A stretch of 63,931 nt of DNA, the filler included, from Intoshia linei (taxonomy: Eukaryota > Animalia > Orthonectida), in assembly GCA_001642005.1 (NCBI GenBank). It is 6 parts of 6 records of this genome, joined end to end, with 100 filler letters (N's around TTAATTAATTAA, not from the genome) between each part and the next. Parts side by side here need not be neighbours in the genome. Positions count along the whole stretch, not along the records: positions 32,083 to 49,005 come from LWCA01000834.1; positions 49,106 to 59,144 come from LWCA01001321.1; 4 more parts are not named here. The stretch is one strand, 5' to 3'. The notes under the pieces were generated by a model. That model was not told the DNA's origin. It was given only the letters and a program-made list of their open reading frames with translations, and ran no database searches. The position numbers and the translations under genes are program-made. Shown piece by piece: positions 39,755 to 54,438 of the stretch (its first letter is position 1; every line of letters starts with the position of its first letter).

Positions 39755-41705
39755 ATGATTGTAAATGAATTTCGAATACCACTTTCCATGTCGGTAAAAG
39801 AATACATGATTGGACAATTATATATGATTCAAAAAAGTCTATCTCCGAAATAGTAGTTCCGCTTCTGTTGAAATTTTGGGTATATTTAAATAAATTTTGT
39901 AAATTTTGTAGTTAATGAAGAATATGAGGATACATTTCATAACGTGGGACAGTACACACACAAAATGTACAAATTGTCCAACATAACCTACTACATACTA
40001 TACCAGCATGGTTGAGATCATTATTAGGAGTATGTGAAATCAAGATTGAAGAACATTCTTTGAATAATTATCCGACTACATTAACTAAATACAGTTGCAA
40101 TTTCTCTAAAAAATTTTCGCTTGAAATAAAATCAAAATATCTATCAGACACAGGGTCTTTCTAAAAATGTTTTTAATTTGCCAGTGGATGAATATAAGAA
40201 TGTAGCTATTGAATATATTGATATAAGAAAGGATAAAGATAAGGATTCCTCAGAAAATATAAAAGCCAATGAAGATCCGACTGTTTATGTATCTAGTACT
40301 CAACCGCATCGATGCCCGCTTAAACAGCATTGGTTAGAAGATTTTCAAAATGATAATATACCCAAAGTTTGCATGTGTGCTTATAAATTGTGTATAGTCA
40401 ATTTTGATGGGTATATTGGGTTCATAATAATCATATAATTCGTTTTAGAATATGAAGGTTTCAAAGGAAAATTGAGTATTTTATTCTTGATTTTGCTATT
40501 AAAAATACACTGAGGTTAGCTCATCGACAGGCCTGGGTTTGGCAAGATGAATATTATCGTTTAAAATTAGAACAATTGCGAGATTTGGAAGTACAGGCAG
40601 CTAAATTGTTATCGGAAACAACTGAACCTTCAAAAGAATGGAAAAAATTAGGTTACATTATCTAATTGACACTAATTTAATCATCTTTTTTAAATTTAGA
40701 GGATGATGTTTACTATAATGCAATTTTTTAGTTTTTAAAATAATAAAAATAAACATTATCATAAATGTCAACCTTAAAAAAGATTGTTTTCACGATCAAA
40801 ACCACAGATTACCTTTTTTTAAATGAAAACAGCCATATAATTTCACAAAAATTACAGATGGTACAGCTGTATCCTGTTAACATAGACAAAAATTTTTCAA
40901 TATTTCTATTTTTTTTAAATAAAATTCCACGGTATTCCTAGTTCGTTTATTTTAATTTTGTTTAAAATTTATATCAATATATTTATAATTTACGTAAATA
41001 TTTTGCAAATTTTTTAATTTAGAATTCTATTTGAATTTCAAAGTATTACAAAGAGCTAGCAAACAAACTATGAAGGAAATATTACATTTATATTCATACG
41101 TTTGGACATCTGAATATTTTATAAACGAAATTGTAAATATTAATTTGAGATTAATCAAAATTATTATAGATAGAAAATCCTCTTATATTTATTGGAAGTA
41201 GAGAAAAAAGTTACTTACGTTGCTAGTTGAAAATGCGTAAAAATTCACGCGATGTAGTTGAATACTGGAAAAAATATGGTTGCATAATTTTATACATTAC
41301 ATTATACACACATAATGACCAATGATTCACATAAATACAATAAAAACATTTATGCGAAACAATGCAATGCCTAATGGTTATTTTCAATTTTGCAATGAAA
41401 ACATGTACAAACGCCAAAAAAATAAACTGTTATACCTAAAAGATTTACTGGCGAATACAAGTGCCTGTGTAGTTGCTGGTTATGGCTCTAGAAAAGATAT
41501 TGGCATCTACAAATCCATTGGATTATCATCAGATTCTATATATGTTAATAGTAAATTATTTAAAAACATTGGATTCAATGCTACTCCAATAGAAAATTAT
41601 TCTGAACATTTAAAAACCATTAAAAAGTTACAATATCACTACAACAATTCCAATTTAGACGAATTATCAAAACGTAACGGACCAATTTTCAAAACTATCA
41701 TTTAG
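39755..41705 (+). pseudogene. PITPNM: PITPNM/RdgB/Nir2-like gene with multiple disablements (PITP and LNS2 domains)
   Basis: PITP domain: MIVNEFRIPLSMSVKEYMIGQLYMIQK, GQYTHK, IPAWLRSLL, MCAYKLC, AHRQAWVWQDE. LNS2 domain: DVVEYWKKYG, VAGYGSRKDI. Needs several frameshifts (about 39835, 39850, 39985, 40160, 41320) and passes in-frame stops (about 40453, 41224). Confidence 0.8.
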
Positions 41706-41772
41706 AAATAGTAAATAAACATTTATTAAAATTATTTTTCGTTACTAATCGACTTAACTGCGATATTCTATA

Positions 41773-43602
41773 ATGCATTACATTATCCAAAATGAAAAAA
41801 ATACCTTTGAAGATCATGATATGTAATTAGTTTTACGGAAATATGTATATTTTGTAGTAAATGTTGTGTTTGTGGTACGATAATTGAAAACAACCCGACG
41901 AAAATGTGCATTTCTTGTGTTAAATCCAATATCAATATTACATCTGATATTGCCAGATCGTATGCGATTCATCAATGCCGATTATGTTTAAGATTCTTGC
42001 AACCACCCATGACATGGATAAAAGCAGACATGCACTCTTCCGACCTGTTATCAATCTGTCTCAAAAAAATAAGACGATTGAACAAAGTAAGTGTATATTT
42101 GATGATGATATTAATGCATAGTTTAAATTAATAAATGCTGTTTTTTCATGGACAGAACCTCATAGCAAGAGATTAATTGTCAATATTACAGTTCAAAAGG
42201 AGGTACGCATCAAAGAAAATTATTCAATGTTTAGGTAACCAAAAAAGCTATATTGGAAGAAGAAATTTCTATAAAATACATTATTGCTGCCCAAACGTGT
42301 AACGATTGTCATCGAATTGAAGCTAAAGACTATTGGCGTGCTGTGGTGCAATTGAGACAAAAGGTTAATATGTTGTGCATGTTATTTACGTTTTAGACGT
42401 TGTTTCGCAAAACTATATTATATATGGAACAAAAAATCGTAAAATCATGCGCTCATAAAGATTGTACAAAAATTGATATGCTTTCAGGTTGGTACATATG
42501 GGTCAACTTTAATTATATATTAGATGGAATAGACTTTTATTTTGCTCAACTGCAAGATGCGAAAAAACTTAATGACTATATTATGTGTAATACTCCATCC
42601 AAGTAAATTATATTTATATTATATACTATTTTTAGATACCACACGTCTAAGGAACTTGTTACACATAATGAACATACCAGTGTATATACGTATAAAAATA
42701 CATTTTCTATTGAAATTTCTCCAATTTGCAATGTATGTTAAAATTGTGACCGTTAATTATTTTAATTAGGAACACGTTGTTTGTCTCCCAAAAAAATTAG
42801 CAGTAAAATTAGGAAATTTGTCGCAGATTTGTGTTTGTATAAAAATTGCTCAAGACATCCACCTTATTGATCCTACCACAGCTAGAAGTAATTTTTTACG
42901 GTTTTTTGTTATCAAATTTAGTAACTAACATTACCAAGGAATTGTACTGGAAATGTCCTTTTAAACCTTTGTTTGATTTGAAAAAAATGGTAAAATTTAT
43001 AGTGTTGGATATCAATAAAATTGAAAAAGCACAATTACCGCATGTATCTGGTGCTAGTAGAATATCTAAAAAGGTTAATAATATCGATTCCAATTTAACC
43101 TGTTTAGCACAGTTTAGCTGAAGCGTGGGTCACGTTGCAGGATAGAATAGGGCAGGATGAAATTATATACACGAAAACACATTTGGGAAATATTCTAAAA
43201 GTTGGCGATCTAGTTATGGGGTATGATATATTTAAATTATTTTTAACATTATAATTATACAGATATCACTTGGAAAACGCCATGTGTAACAATAGTGATT
43301 TTGACCAAATGAACTGTGATGTAATTCCTTCGGTTGTTTTAATAAAAAAAAAATATGACCCAGAAAATGGAACAATTCGAGAACGAAAATATAAACGCAT
43401 GGAACAAATTAATCCAACAAATACAGAAGACGTTATTGACTATGCCGCCAATTTGATGGAGTATTCTAGCGACTATGAGGAAAGCGGTATTGCTAATAGC
43501 AGTTTCTTTAACTTTTTATATTTTGATACTCCTTTATCAAAAAAATTGCAGTGGTTCATAAAATGGGCTCTATCTCCACGGGTGGTGAGAAAAGCGTACT
43601 AA
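41773..43602 (+). CDS. NMD3: 60S ribosomal export protein NMD3 (multi-exon)
   Basis: CCVCG..NPTKMCISC, CRLCLRFLQPP, WTEPHSKR, CNDCHRIEAKDYWRAVVQLRQK, GIDFYF, TKTHLGNILKVGDLVMGY. Confidence 0.95.
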
Positions 43603-44417
43603 TTTATCGTAATACATAATGTTGTATATGAATAGTAATATTATGTAACAGGACAAAATAAGTTTCGGTCCATTTTTGTGTACTGTAAAATATTTCCACC
43701 TTTTTGTGTTCGAACAAAGATTTTGTGTCAGTTTTTAAATAATTTGTTTTTCCTAATTTTCTAAATCAATCAACATCCCGGTTAGGGAACTTAATTTTAA
43801 TGATAAAGTTAATTATATATTAGATTGCAAAATGGACATTGACTGATATTTCTTTCTTATATTTTCGATTGTATAATTTTGGTTTATAAATTGTTTAAAT
43901 AAAAATTTTATCAAAATCTAATTAAATTTATTAAATTAAATTAAACTAATACTAATAATTCCGCCAGTGGTTGTCGATTTAAATCTAAACTTTTGGTTGA
44001 ATTCAATGCATACTTTTTAAGATTATAAAAAATATTAAACGATTGTCGGTGTAGGTGGTAACGAAAATTTTTGACGGCTACCAGCGGGAAATGTCAGTCC
44101 GTGATAGGTTCTATTATAAACCATGATGAAACTGATATTATCATTTAGACCAGGGATTCTGAAACTTTTTTGAACCATCGCCCCAATCCAAAAAAATTAA
44201 ATTTTTGATGCATGACAACCCTAATTATTAATTATTAGAAAATATATTTTCTGAATTGATACATGATGAGAACTTTCATTTCGTTAGAAATCTTATACAC
44301 CATAAAAGAAGATGTATAATATCGGTATGTAGTAGCGCTAGTGTACTGAATGTTCTAAATGTGATATTGGTGTATGTGTAGAATTTTTCATACCATACCA
44401 AATAATCCATATGCAGT

Positions 44418-45580
44418 AGGGTGTCACATCGATTTTAAATTTTGAGAATTTGAAAAACTGAGTAGTTAGGTGGGGTGTATTTTTGAAAGCAGATCACGAT
44501 GTAAAAAACAGTTTTTCAAAAAAGTCAGTAACGATGTTGCGTTGCTCAATTAACTATATAACAAAAAATATCTAAATTCAACTTTATTTTAATGTTTTTC
44601 TTAATTTTTTCATACAAAAACTTAAATTCCTGTTTAGTTTGTGGAGAAAAATTAAAAAAAATTGTATATTTAAATATATCGTGTGCATCTAAATCATGTA
44701 CAATTGACTTTATTCTATAATATCAAAAAAAACTTTGAAAATTATAGTTATTATTATTTTGTTTTGGTGTTTAAACAATATTTTATGGGGTAAATAAATG
44801 TAGACACTTTTTGTAACATTTTAAAATTTTACTCTAATGATAGAAGAGACATTAAGATAGTAATAATACAACAAAAATTTTATATATCCTCAATAGACCA
44901 ATAAAATAAATAATTTTATAAGTTTTTATTTCAAATCAATATGTGATTATTTAAATAAGTGGTTCTCAATTGGGGTAATTTTACTATCTTCAGGAGAGAA
45001 ATTGAAAATTCAAGAATTATCTATTAGAAAATAAAATTTGGAAGTTAAAACAGTCTAAAAAAGTAAATTTTTATGAATTAAATGTAACTGAAGTCGGTTT
45101 AGTTTTATATTCTTTATTGAAAAATTCCTGATCTATTACAGCAGTGGTATTCTACCTTTATCTGTTCGCGACCCCCTTATAAACATCAAGAAGAATCAAA
45201 TTCTTGACCCATATCATCCATTTAAATATACCTTTATTATCATTGAATTCTAATTACTATCTCAGTTTAGTCTAGATTAGAATTGATAAATCTAATCTCA
45301 GTTTACTTTATAAAATGTCAAATTGAAAAGGTGATATTTTCTGCGGCCTATTTATAAATTTAAATTTAATACTGCAAAATTATCAACGTATATGGATGTT
45401 CTAAAAAGGATGCTTAATTTAAAAGAAAATAAAACGATATGTACGTTTAATATTGTAGCAAAAGAAATATTTGAAATATATAAAAAAACAAGATTAAATA
45501 TCATTTCTGAATGGACAATTAACAAAAGACTCGATATATTTTACGTCGAATATTTCCAAATGAATTATAAATATTTTTAA
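44418..45580 (+). mobile_element. Sola-like element remnant with nested MITE pieces
   Basis: TAGGGTGTCACA terminus. The ORF at 45392 (TYMDVLKRMLNLK..VAKEIFEIY) resembles the N-terminus encoded at 32822-33187. Confidence 0.5.
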
Positions 45581-46241
45581 AATTTCATACATTTATGTAT
45601 CTATTTTTCATGAAGTAGAGTTTAACTAACTATATATTTTATTTGATTTTTTTTAATTCACATGGTATCATAGTTATAATAAATAGAAATTAGTATGGGG
45701 GGTACCAAATTACATTTTTTTTAGTTTAAGGGTACCAAATGCGAAGTATGTTGAGAACCGCTGCTTTAATCACTATTATCATAGTAATTTCTGAAGTGAT
45801 ATAATACTAACGTACCAATCAAGATTAGAATATATAGTTTTGATGTAACATACTTGGTTCTAACTGGTAGGGTGGTTATTTATGTCGATAATTAATTAAA
45901 ATCAATTTTTTGACATTTTTACATGTACCGAATCAATACTACCGATCCCCATACTCAATTATTAAAAGCTATGGTTATATCATTATAGAATTATTTATTA
46001 TTATTATTAATAATATATGCATTATTAGTTGTCAGATAAACAAAACCTATTAAATGATAAAAATGATTTACATTCAAAATAAAAAATCTTCAAAACCAAA
46101 TTGAAAAATTATCCCAGTATAAAAACATTAAAGATAAATTGCAAAATGTGGAACTGTATACCATTTAGCGATATAATTAATTTAATGAAATTATTATAAA
46201 TAAAATTTTCTTTTATTTCTCATATCAGTTTTCTTGTTACA

Positions 46242-46835
46242 TCCTTACATATGTATAATATTTAACGCAATATTTGTTTGTGCGTGTGTGTTCCCGGTTA
46301 TTTCAATAACTACCAGTCTTATAATTTTATAAAGTTCACATTTCAATTACAGTTTTTTCCGGCAGTGTTAGCAAAATAAATTTCAACCTCACAAACTTAC
46401 ATCTTACGGGTCAAAAAATCCAATTCTCCTTTTTTTGAAAATCAAACGAGTTGGAAATTTAAAAAAATATATACTCTGATACGGATTTTAAAATTAACTT
46501 AATTAATTACTTAAAATAGTTCTATAAATTTTCGTAGAACATAGCGGTTACCTTAAAGAAAAACAATTTACAAAAAATTAATACATTAAATCATACAACT
46601 GAATTGAATTACCGTAAAATTTTGTGTTGTTTTTTTATTGTAATAACTGAAATTATTTTGTTTATACTCGCTTAAATTTATTAGCCACAATTAAAAATGA
46701 TTATTCTTTGAAAATTTTATTTTTGCATTCATATAACAAACTACATATTAGAAAATTTTCAAATATAATTTTAAATTTAAGAATATTTAAATTTTTCGAG
46801 AGCAAGCACTACCTGTAGTACATAGTTTTGTCTTC
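46242..46835 (+). mobile_element. Helitron-family copy (diverged)
   Basis: Internal block CATTTCAATTACAGTTTTTTCCGG..CATCTTACGGGTCAAAAA is shared with 20431-20773. Degenerate 3' end near 46800-46835. Confidence 0.6.
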
Positions 46836-47440
46836 TATGGTGCATTTCACATGATGGAGTGGTTCCCAAACTTATTTTACCATGGACCGCTCAATTCACG
46901 TAAAATAAATTTATATAGAGGTATTGACTTACTGTTATTTTGTTAACGTTCATGTTAAAATTTTTAAAAACAATTTGGTGATGCGATTTTTTAATTTATT
47001 AGAAAAAATGAGTATATATTACAAATAAAGTAAAAACAGTACAATCCATCGCAAATAAGATGAATTTCATAAGAAATAAAATTGAACAAACCAATAGTAA
47101 TAATGTGATGACTGACCTGGTCAGTCTGACCATATCGTCACATGTAATATCTCGATAACTACTAGAGTAAATTCTTTCAAATTTCAGATTTTTGCAATTG
47201 TATTTACTGAGTACCACCGGTGTTTCTCAAACGTGAGAAAGGATTAAAATTATTGAATAAAAGAAAAAAAAATCAAATAATATAATAAAGCACCTGCATA
47301 AGTTTAAAATCCTATATTAAAAGAGAAGTGTACTACAATATTATAATATAGTAGAATTGGTGCAGCTGATTTAATTTTATTTGAAAATTATCCATCTGTT
47401 GTGTACCCTAAAAATAAAAATCCATCATATCAAATTATAA

Positions 47441-48803
47441 ATGTTTTGCAACAGGTCAACATGGGGATTTATCTTAATGATTTTACTTTCGTTCACTTAT
47501 TTCGTAGTAGAACTAGTATTTGGACATTATAGTAACACCTTATCATTAATATCTGATGCATACCACATGTTTGGAGATGTGTTTAGTTTTTGCATTGGAT
47601 TATTCGCATTAATGGTAATTTGAAAATTATTTATGTCTAAAATTCATTAAATTTCATCAATAGTATTCGAAAAAAAGCAGCTCCAGCTACAGTTATGGAA
47701 GATCAAGATCGATAATATTAGGAGGTTTAATAAATGCAATTTTTATGATGACATTATGTTGGACAATAATGATTGAAATATTTATAAAAATTTTCTCAAT
47801 ATATACAATTTTAAATTATAATGGAGAGGATAATGTGGAAATGGAACGTGTTTATTTCATTCAAAAAAAGAATTTTTTGTCAATCTTGTGGGTTGCTATT
47901 TTAGGGTTAATAATAAATATAATTGGATTTTTTGTTATAAATCACAGTGGTATATTAAAATTAATAATAATTAATAAACAACTTTTAGATCACTCACATG
48001 GTTCACCTAACACGGAAAAAAATGATAAATCAACTAACGAGGAAATTATAGTAATGCAAAAATTAAAAACTAATAGCACAAAGCCAAATTGTTGCAAAAA
48101 AATTACAAATTTTATCAAAAATTATAGAGGTTTAAAATTGCACTTGTTTTGTAATCAATTTTAAATTTTATCAGTAAATCCAAATTTGAACATTAGAGGA
48201 GTTTTATTACATATACTTGGCGATATTATGGGTTCAGTAATGGTTATAATCAATGCAATTATTATGTTACAATTAGATTATGAATGGGTTCAATATTTTG
48301 ATCCTATCTGCAGGTAAATTGATAATGAATTAATTTTTATTAAAAATTTAGTTCAATTATAGTGGTGATATTGATGATTGCCACCATTCCAATAAGTTTT
48401 ATTTGTAAACCAAAATGTAAAACCAAAATTTAGTTCGAAAAACTTGCAGAATATTAATGCAAAAGGCGCCAGATAGATATAATTTAAAACAAATAAAAAC
48501 TGATTTAATAAATGAGGTAAAAATATAAAAATACTCTTTTTAATTCAAAATAGATACCACAAATAGTGAAAATTGAATCTGTGCACATTTGGTCTCTCGA
48601 TGGCCAAAAAAACATTTCAACTATTTCGATAATTTTGTATGATAATTTCAAACTTCTTGAAATTCTATGTAAAAGTAATTTTTGATATTGAAATTAAAAT
48701 TTATTTAAATTAATATATTCAAAATTCAGAGGAAATCAGAAATTTTTTTGCCATAAGAAATTTGGACAACATAAATATTGAAATTAATTATATACAAAAA
48801 TAA
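47441..48803 (+). CDS. CDF-family zinc transporter, SLC30A1/ZnT1-like
   Basis: ELVFGHYSNTLSLISDAYHMFGD (TM2 HxxxD), SYGRSR..LGGLINAIF, HSHG loop, NIRGVLLHILGD (TM5 HxxxD), YFDPIC, ILMQ, VHIWSL. Confidence 0.92.
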
Positions 48804-49689
48804 ATGTACCACTTTTAATTTATGTTTACTGATTTATTCATTCAGAATATACATGCATGTATAGGATTTCTTTATCAAATGATGGAATAGATCAGATTTT
48901 CTGCATGATGGATACTAGGGTGTTTCAAAAAGTAGAAATTTTGCGAGTTTCTCTTAGCCTTAGTAAAAATTAAGCTAGTATTTATATTTAGAGTACTATG
49001 TGACTNNNNNNNNNNNNNNNNNNNNNNNNNNNNNNNNNNNNNNNNNNNNTTAATTAATTAANNNNNNNNNNNNNNNNNNNNNNNNNNNNNNNNNNNNNNN
49101 NNNNNTTGTAAACGTCGCGTTTATATTCTTGTATTTTTGATAGGGTTAATATAATATTGTAAAAATTAATGTTATTCATTGTTAATTTTGGTGGATTATG
49201 GCATTTATTATATCGGTTTATATCATTAAAATAAATATCTTTAACTTTTTTTACGAAATTATCATTTATATCTGGTTGACATGTATCCCATGATATGGAC
49301 CAACCAAAATATCTCCAATTCTTGTGGTCATTTTTGGTATTTTAAAAGATTGCAATAAAATTGAATTGAAATTTATATTGATATAAAAATAATGAACGTA
49401 AATCAAATATTCAATAGCGTAAAATATTTAATATATGTGCTGCAGTATTTATAAGGCGAGATGAATAATAAATAATGATTAGATATTAATTAATTCAAGA
49501 TTATATTTCAATTCAATTATAATGGTAGTGTAATCTGTCCAAGAAAAAAAAGGGAAAATATTTTGATTATAATATTTTATAATAACAAATCTCAACAGGA
49601 TTATTTTTAATTGAAAAATAATTTTAATCTCTTAATAATAGTCACTCGAATTATAAACAAAAGACTTAATGGAAGAGACTAACATCAAC

Positions 49690-49860
49690 ATGGAATCGAA
49701 CAGTATAAAATTATTTTCGACAATAAGAGGAAAGGCTAAGCTGTAATACTTTGGATATATATATACAATACATCAAAGGAACATGAACACATTATACTGG
49801 AAATGTGTAAGTTCTAGTTGTAAAGGTAGAATCACATCCAATCATGATTTTGAAACAACA
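49690..49860 (+). mobile_element. FLYWCH zinc-finger fragment, probably a MULE transposase remnant
   Basis: STIRGKAKL*YFGYIYT..LYWKCVSSSCKGRI with an internal stop. Confidence 0.65.
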
Positions 49861-50649
49861 ATTCATGCAAATAATATTAACTCTATATAAATATAAATTT
49901 ATTTAATTAAATAATATAAAATTTAAATATAATTATCGACAAATGTGCAATTAAGAATTCTTATGATACAATTATCATGAAAAAAAAAATTTCCCGAATA
50001 TATTGTGAAAAATTCATTTAATTTGTGCTTCTTAAAAATGACTTCAAAATTATTTTAACAAAAAATATCTAATAAATTTTGGTATATTATAGAATCTCTG
50101 TATTGACCATATTCACTGCAAACATGACTTCATTCAATGCAAACATGACTTTATTTTTGTTAACATGATTAACAAGATCGTGAATGTCTTGTATTTGAAT
50201 GAATTTATTATATTGTAAATAACCAGAATTAGAGAAATTAAATCGTTAATAAAATCTAAAAAAATTGAGCCAGAAACAAATTTAAAAAAATAAACTGTAT
50301 AACTAAACATGGAGAACAGTATTATAAAGGCGGTACCATGTTTAAAAGCTCAAACGCCGATTACCGTTAAAATAAAGTTCAGTTTTAATTTCTTCATAAT
50401 ATTTATACAGTGATATTTAAAATGTCAAACGCAACTCAAATAGATAGCGTTAAATATTTTTGATTGCGAATTAGTTTTTCTATTATAAAAATACACACTT
50501 TTAGTGTCAATTGGCCATCCAATTCTAAAATTTTTCAAAAAATGTGACACCCTAATAGACACATTATGTCTAATAAATTAAAAAAATCGAATAGCAATTT
50601 TTTTTAAAATTCTTTACGCAAATGTTAACAAACAAAAAATTAAGATGGA

Positions 50650-50932
50650 ATAATATTCACTTTAAAATAAAAAAGTAGTATGATATAATGGTTCCACCTA
50701 AAACAAAAATGGGAACCGCTTTATTAAAGGATTGATAATAGTGAATAGTAGGATTTTTAAATTAGATTTTCAACGTGAATTTATTTTTTAAGTATAATAA
50801 AAATTGCGAACACCCCCGGAAAAAACTGTAATTGAAATGTGGACTTTATAAAATTCTAAGACGGGTAGTTATTTAAATAAAGCTGGACACACACACAGAC
50901 AAAAATCGCGTAGCATATTATATAAGTTAAGA
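50650..50932 (-). mobile_element. Helitron-family copy, 5' part
   Basis: Minus strand begins A|TCTTAACTTATATAATATGCTACGCG, as at 20431. Confidence 0.75.
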
Positions 50933-51561
50933 TAATTAAATTATATATAATATATTAAAATATATTAANACACACACAGACAAAAATCGCGTAGCATATT
51001 ATATAAGTTAAGATAATTAAATTATATATAATATATTAAAATATATTAAAAATTGTTATAATATTTCGAAAGCTTCACAGTCACAGGTCGACATTATAAA
51101 TTCAATTTTATTAGTAATTTATATTTTATTACGATTTTCGGTTTATTTTGGTTATTTGAAATTTTATTTTTTCTTGAATTTGAGTTATTTATTAACCTAT
51201 ATTTACAAATATTTAAAAATTCTTCATATGTCAGAATTAGATAAGGTTTGTACAATTTACGCAATTGAAAGTCTATAATTTTATAATTATGACCATTTAA
51301 CCTTACATTGTAATAAAATGTATCTAAAAATATTAAATACTAATAAGCTAAGGATCAGAATTTTTTAATGTCATGTAATATTCGGAAAAAAATGATATAG
51401 AATTGAATTTTGAATGGTCGAGTTCGAACCAGTTTTAAAAATGGTTAGGAATCACTGAAATTATATATTTTATGGTGATAAATATATAATTGAAATTAAA
51501 ACTAATCATGGCATAGTATCACATTTAATATAATATTGTTGTATGGATAATGATTTTTAGG

Positions 51562-53863
51562 TTCTTTGGTTATCTCCAAAATATATTCCAATTACATTAA
51601 GATCTAAAATCGTTATCGATGATGCACGAATATCTGTAAAAAGAATATATCCAAATGAATGGCAGTTATCATTAAAAAATGTATCCGTATCAGATGCAGG
51701 GGATTATACATGTGTGCTTAACAACGTCGGACAGCACAGACAAATATTTTCTCTAGTTGTTAATTGTAATTATCTCATCCTAAATGGATACTTAATATTA
51801 ATTTTTCTAAAATGACCATTCGGATCAACGTAAAATGTGTTTAAATATAACTGTACTAATAAGTTTTTCATGGTACTGATAAACTCACTATAAATAGGTA
51901 TTAAACCGGACAGTAAATATTCATTTAATCAACAGGTCGTTTCAACTAAAAGTGTTATCTCAATTGAGTAACATCGGATAATTTTTATATATCCTTTAAA
52001 GATACTGATGAGTCGATATAAAAATTGACTCAAATCATTCCCATTAATTTTCAACCCACGTTTTAGATTGTTAATTCTAGTGACAAATTTTTATGAACTT
52101 TTGAATTAAAATTTGTGATATTTTAAAATTTATTAATTTTACAATTTAGTTGTCCCGAGAATTGATGAAATGACTTCTAGTAAACAACAAATATATGCTA
52201 ATATTGGCACAACTGTAAATTTGTTTTGTAATGTAACAGGAAATCCAATCCCAACAATAAAATGGTTGAAAATGACAAATATCAATCTCTATAATGGTAT
52301 AATATACATACTGAATTGTACTAAACTTCATAAAATATCATTTAATACGCGCATTTTAACGTGTGTGCAATTTTTATTTATTATTATAATAATGTGAATA
52401 TTTAATATGATATTTATATAATTATAATTAAAATTTCAGAATTCAAAATTGATACAATGTCAATATTACTTAAAAACGTCCAAAAATCGGATTCAAATTT
52501 TTATAAATGTGTAGCTTCGAATGAAATCAAAAAAAATGTTTACAGATTAATAGAATTAATTGTTCAATGTAATGTTTGTTTATGGCATGTACTTTTATTA
52601 TATGGTTATTTTAATTTTAGTTTATAACTAAATTAGATCCGCCCGATGTTCAACTACTAAATTCACGAATTGGACAACAACAAGGGAAAACTTCGATTTT
52701 GAAATGTAATATTGATGCAGTCCCCGTGCCTTTTTCAGTATATTGGGAAAAGAATGATGTAACTTTATCCAATGACGAACGTTTTAAAATTGAAACGACT
52801 ACCTTTGAAAATAAAATAATATTAATGATAACTATCAATAATGTGCAAATAGACGATTTTGGATTTTATTCTTGTATTGCATCTAATAAGTTGGGTACCT
52901 CATTGGATGTTGTTACTTTATATGGTATTTAATTTATTATATATTATATTAAAATGTACATAATATAATACTTCATATAATAATTTTAACGGCGGTTAAA
53001 TTAGATTTTAAAACGTGTCCCATAATTAAAAGTTTTTTTTTAATTTAAGGTTTATTTTATTTTTAAACAAAATGGCAAATTGGTTTTTTGATCCTGAAGG
53101 ATTCAGTTTTGGGAAATGAAGCATAGATAAAAACACCACTTGCGAAAAACTGTATTAGAAATTGTGATTTGTTAGATTCAAAGACTGTTAATGTTTTAAA
53201 TATACGATATAATACAGACACAGGAATTCAATTTTATATAAGTAAAGGACCAGCTTGCTTTTACGTACTTGGTACAAACAGTAGCTAGATCTGCCGAGGG
53301 CCGTGTTTTTAATCTATTAGACAGTGTGTGTATGATATTAAAAACAATCAAATTATAGTTACAATTTAAAAAACATGAATCCTAGAGAATTTTAAATTTT
53401 AAATACCCGTTGTACATATTTTTTACATATTGTTTTGTTTTAGAAATTCTAAAAATCGTTACAACACAAATATATCACACAAATAAGGATGTAGATTTTA
53501 CTAATAGTTTAATTTATTCTCACAATCGATCAACAACCATTAAGCCTGTCCACAAAAATGATAAAATTAGCAGTACCAACTTATTTAAAAGTATATTTTA
53601 TAAAATAATTTTCATATTATTAACACGTCTACCCAATCAAACAAAAAATAGCAACTAGCAAGTAAAAATGAAAGTTTTTATTTCAAACTCAATGTGGAAT
53701 TTGAATTTGTTAACTTTCAGTAATATCAAAGAATGGTTGCATTTAAAATTATTATAAAATGCTAAAAATGTTATAATTTGTTTTTGAGGGTTAGAAAATG
53801 TCGAGTACATTATCTTGTTTCAATTTTAATTTTTATATTTACCATGTTCTAATTTTAATTTAA
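51562..53863 (+). CDS. Lachesin/DIP/IgLON-like three-Ig-domain adhesion protein (5' exon or exons not seen)
   Basis: Ig1 WQLSLKNVSVSDAGDYTC; Ig2 VNLFCNVTGNPIPTIKW..FYKCVASN; Ig3 LKCNIDAVP..DDFGFYSCIASNKLG. S/T-rich stalk and a hydrophobic GPI-signal-like tail (FYIYHVLILI*). Confidence 0.85.
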
Positions 53864-54438
53864 TTATAAAAGCGTGTTTGAGGACTCGTGTTTATAATAA
53901 TATAAATTATTAAATCTAATATAGACGATTATTTCACACCAAAATATACAATTTTCTTAATACTAACCGTTATTGTTTTAATTGTTTAATAAAATTTTAT
54001 TCAAACACAATAGTAATATCTTTAGGGTTATTAGTAATAATCCTACAATTTTATCAATTGTTTGTTTCCATTTCGCCACTAATTAATTTTAATTTTACCG
54101 AAATCAACTTTCATTTTGAATAATAACACTCAATAAATACTATTTTCACAGTATTGTTAGGTAGTGCGCTACAATGAACAAAAGAGAAAACTGCTCGAAG
54201 CCATCGACTGCTTTATATGTAACTAGAACCTTAAAACCTTAAAAATACAATTCTTAATCAATTTAATGAGGTAATGTGAATGTCCGAGATAATTATTACA
54301 CTAATAATCAAACCATCCAAAATATGAAATCTAAATTTGCTAAATTGATTTTAGTCTCATGAATCATAATAATTATAAAAATAAGAATAATTTATTAACG
54401 TAAATATTTAAATGTCACATATCCATATTTTGTATTTT

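Noticed and set aside
40449-40470. TGA at a conserved Trp position suggesting a variant genetic code
   Set aside because: RSK, GRB2 and CCNY end in TGA and intact genes use TGG for Trp. The locus has many other lesions.
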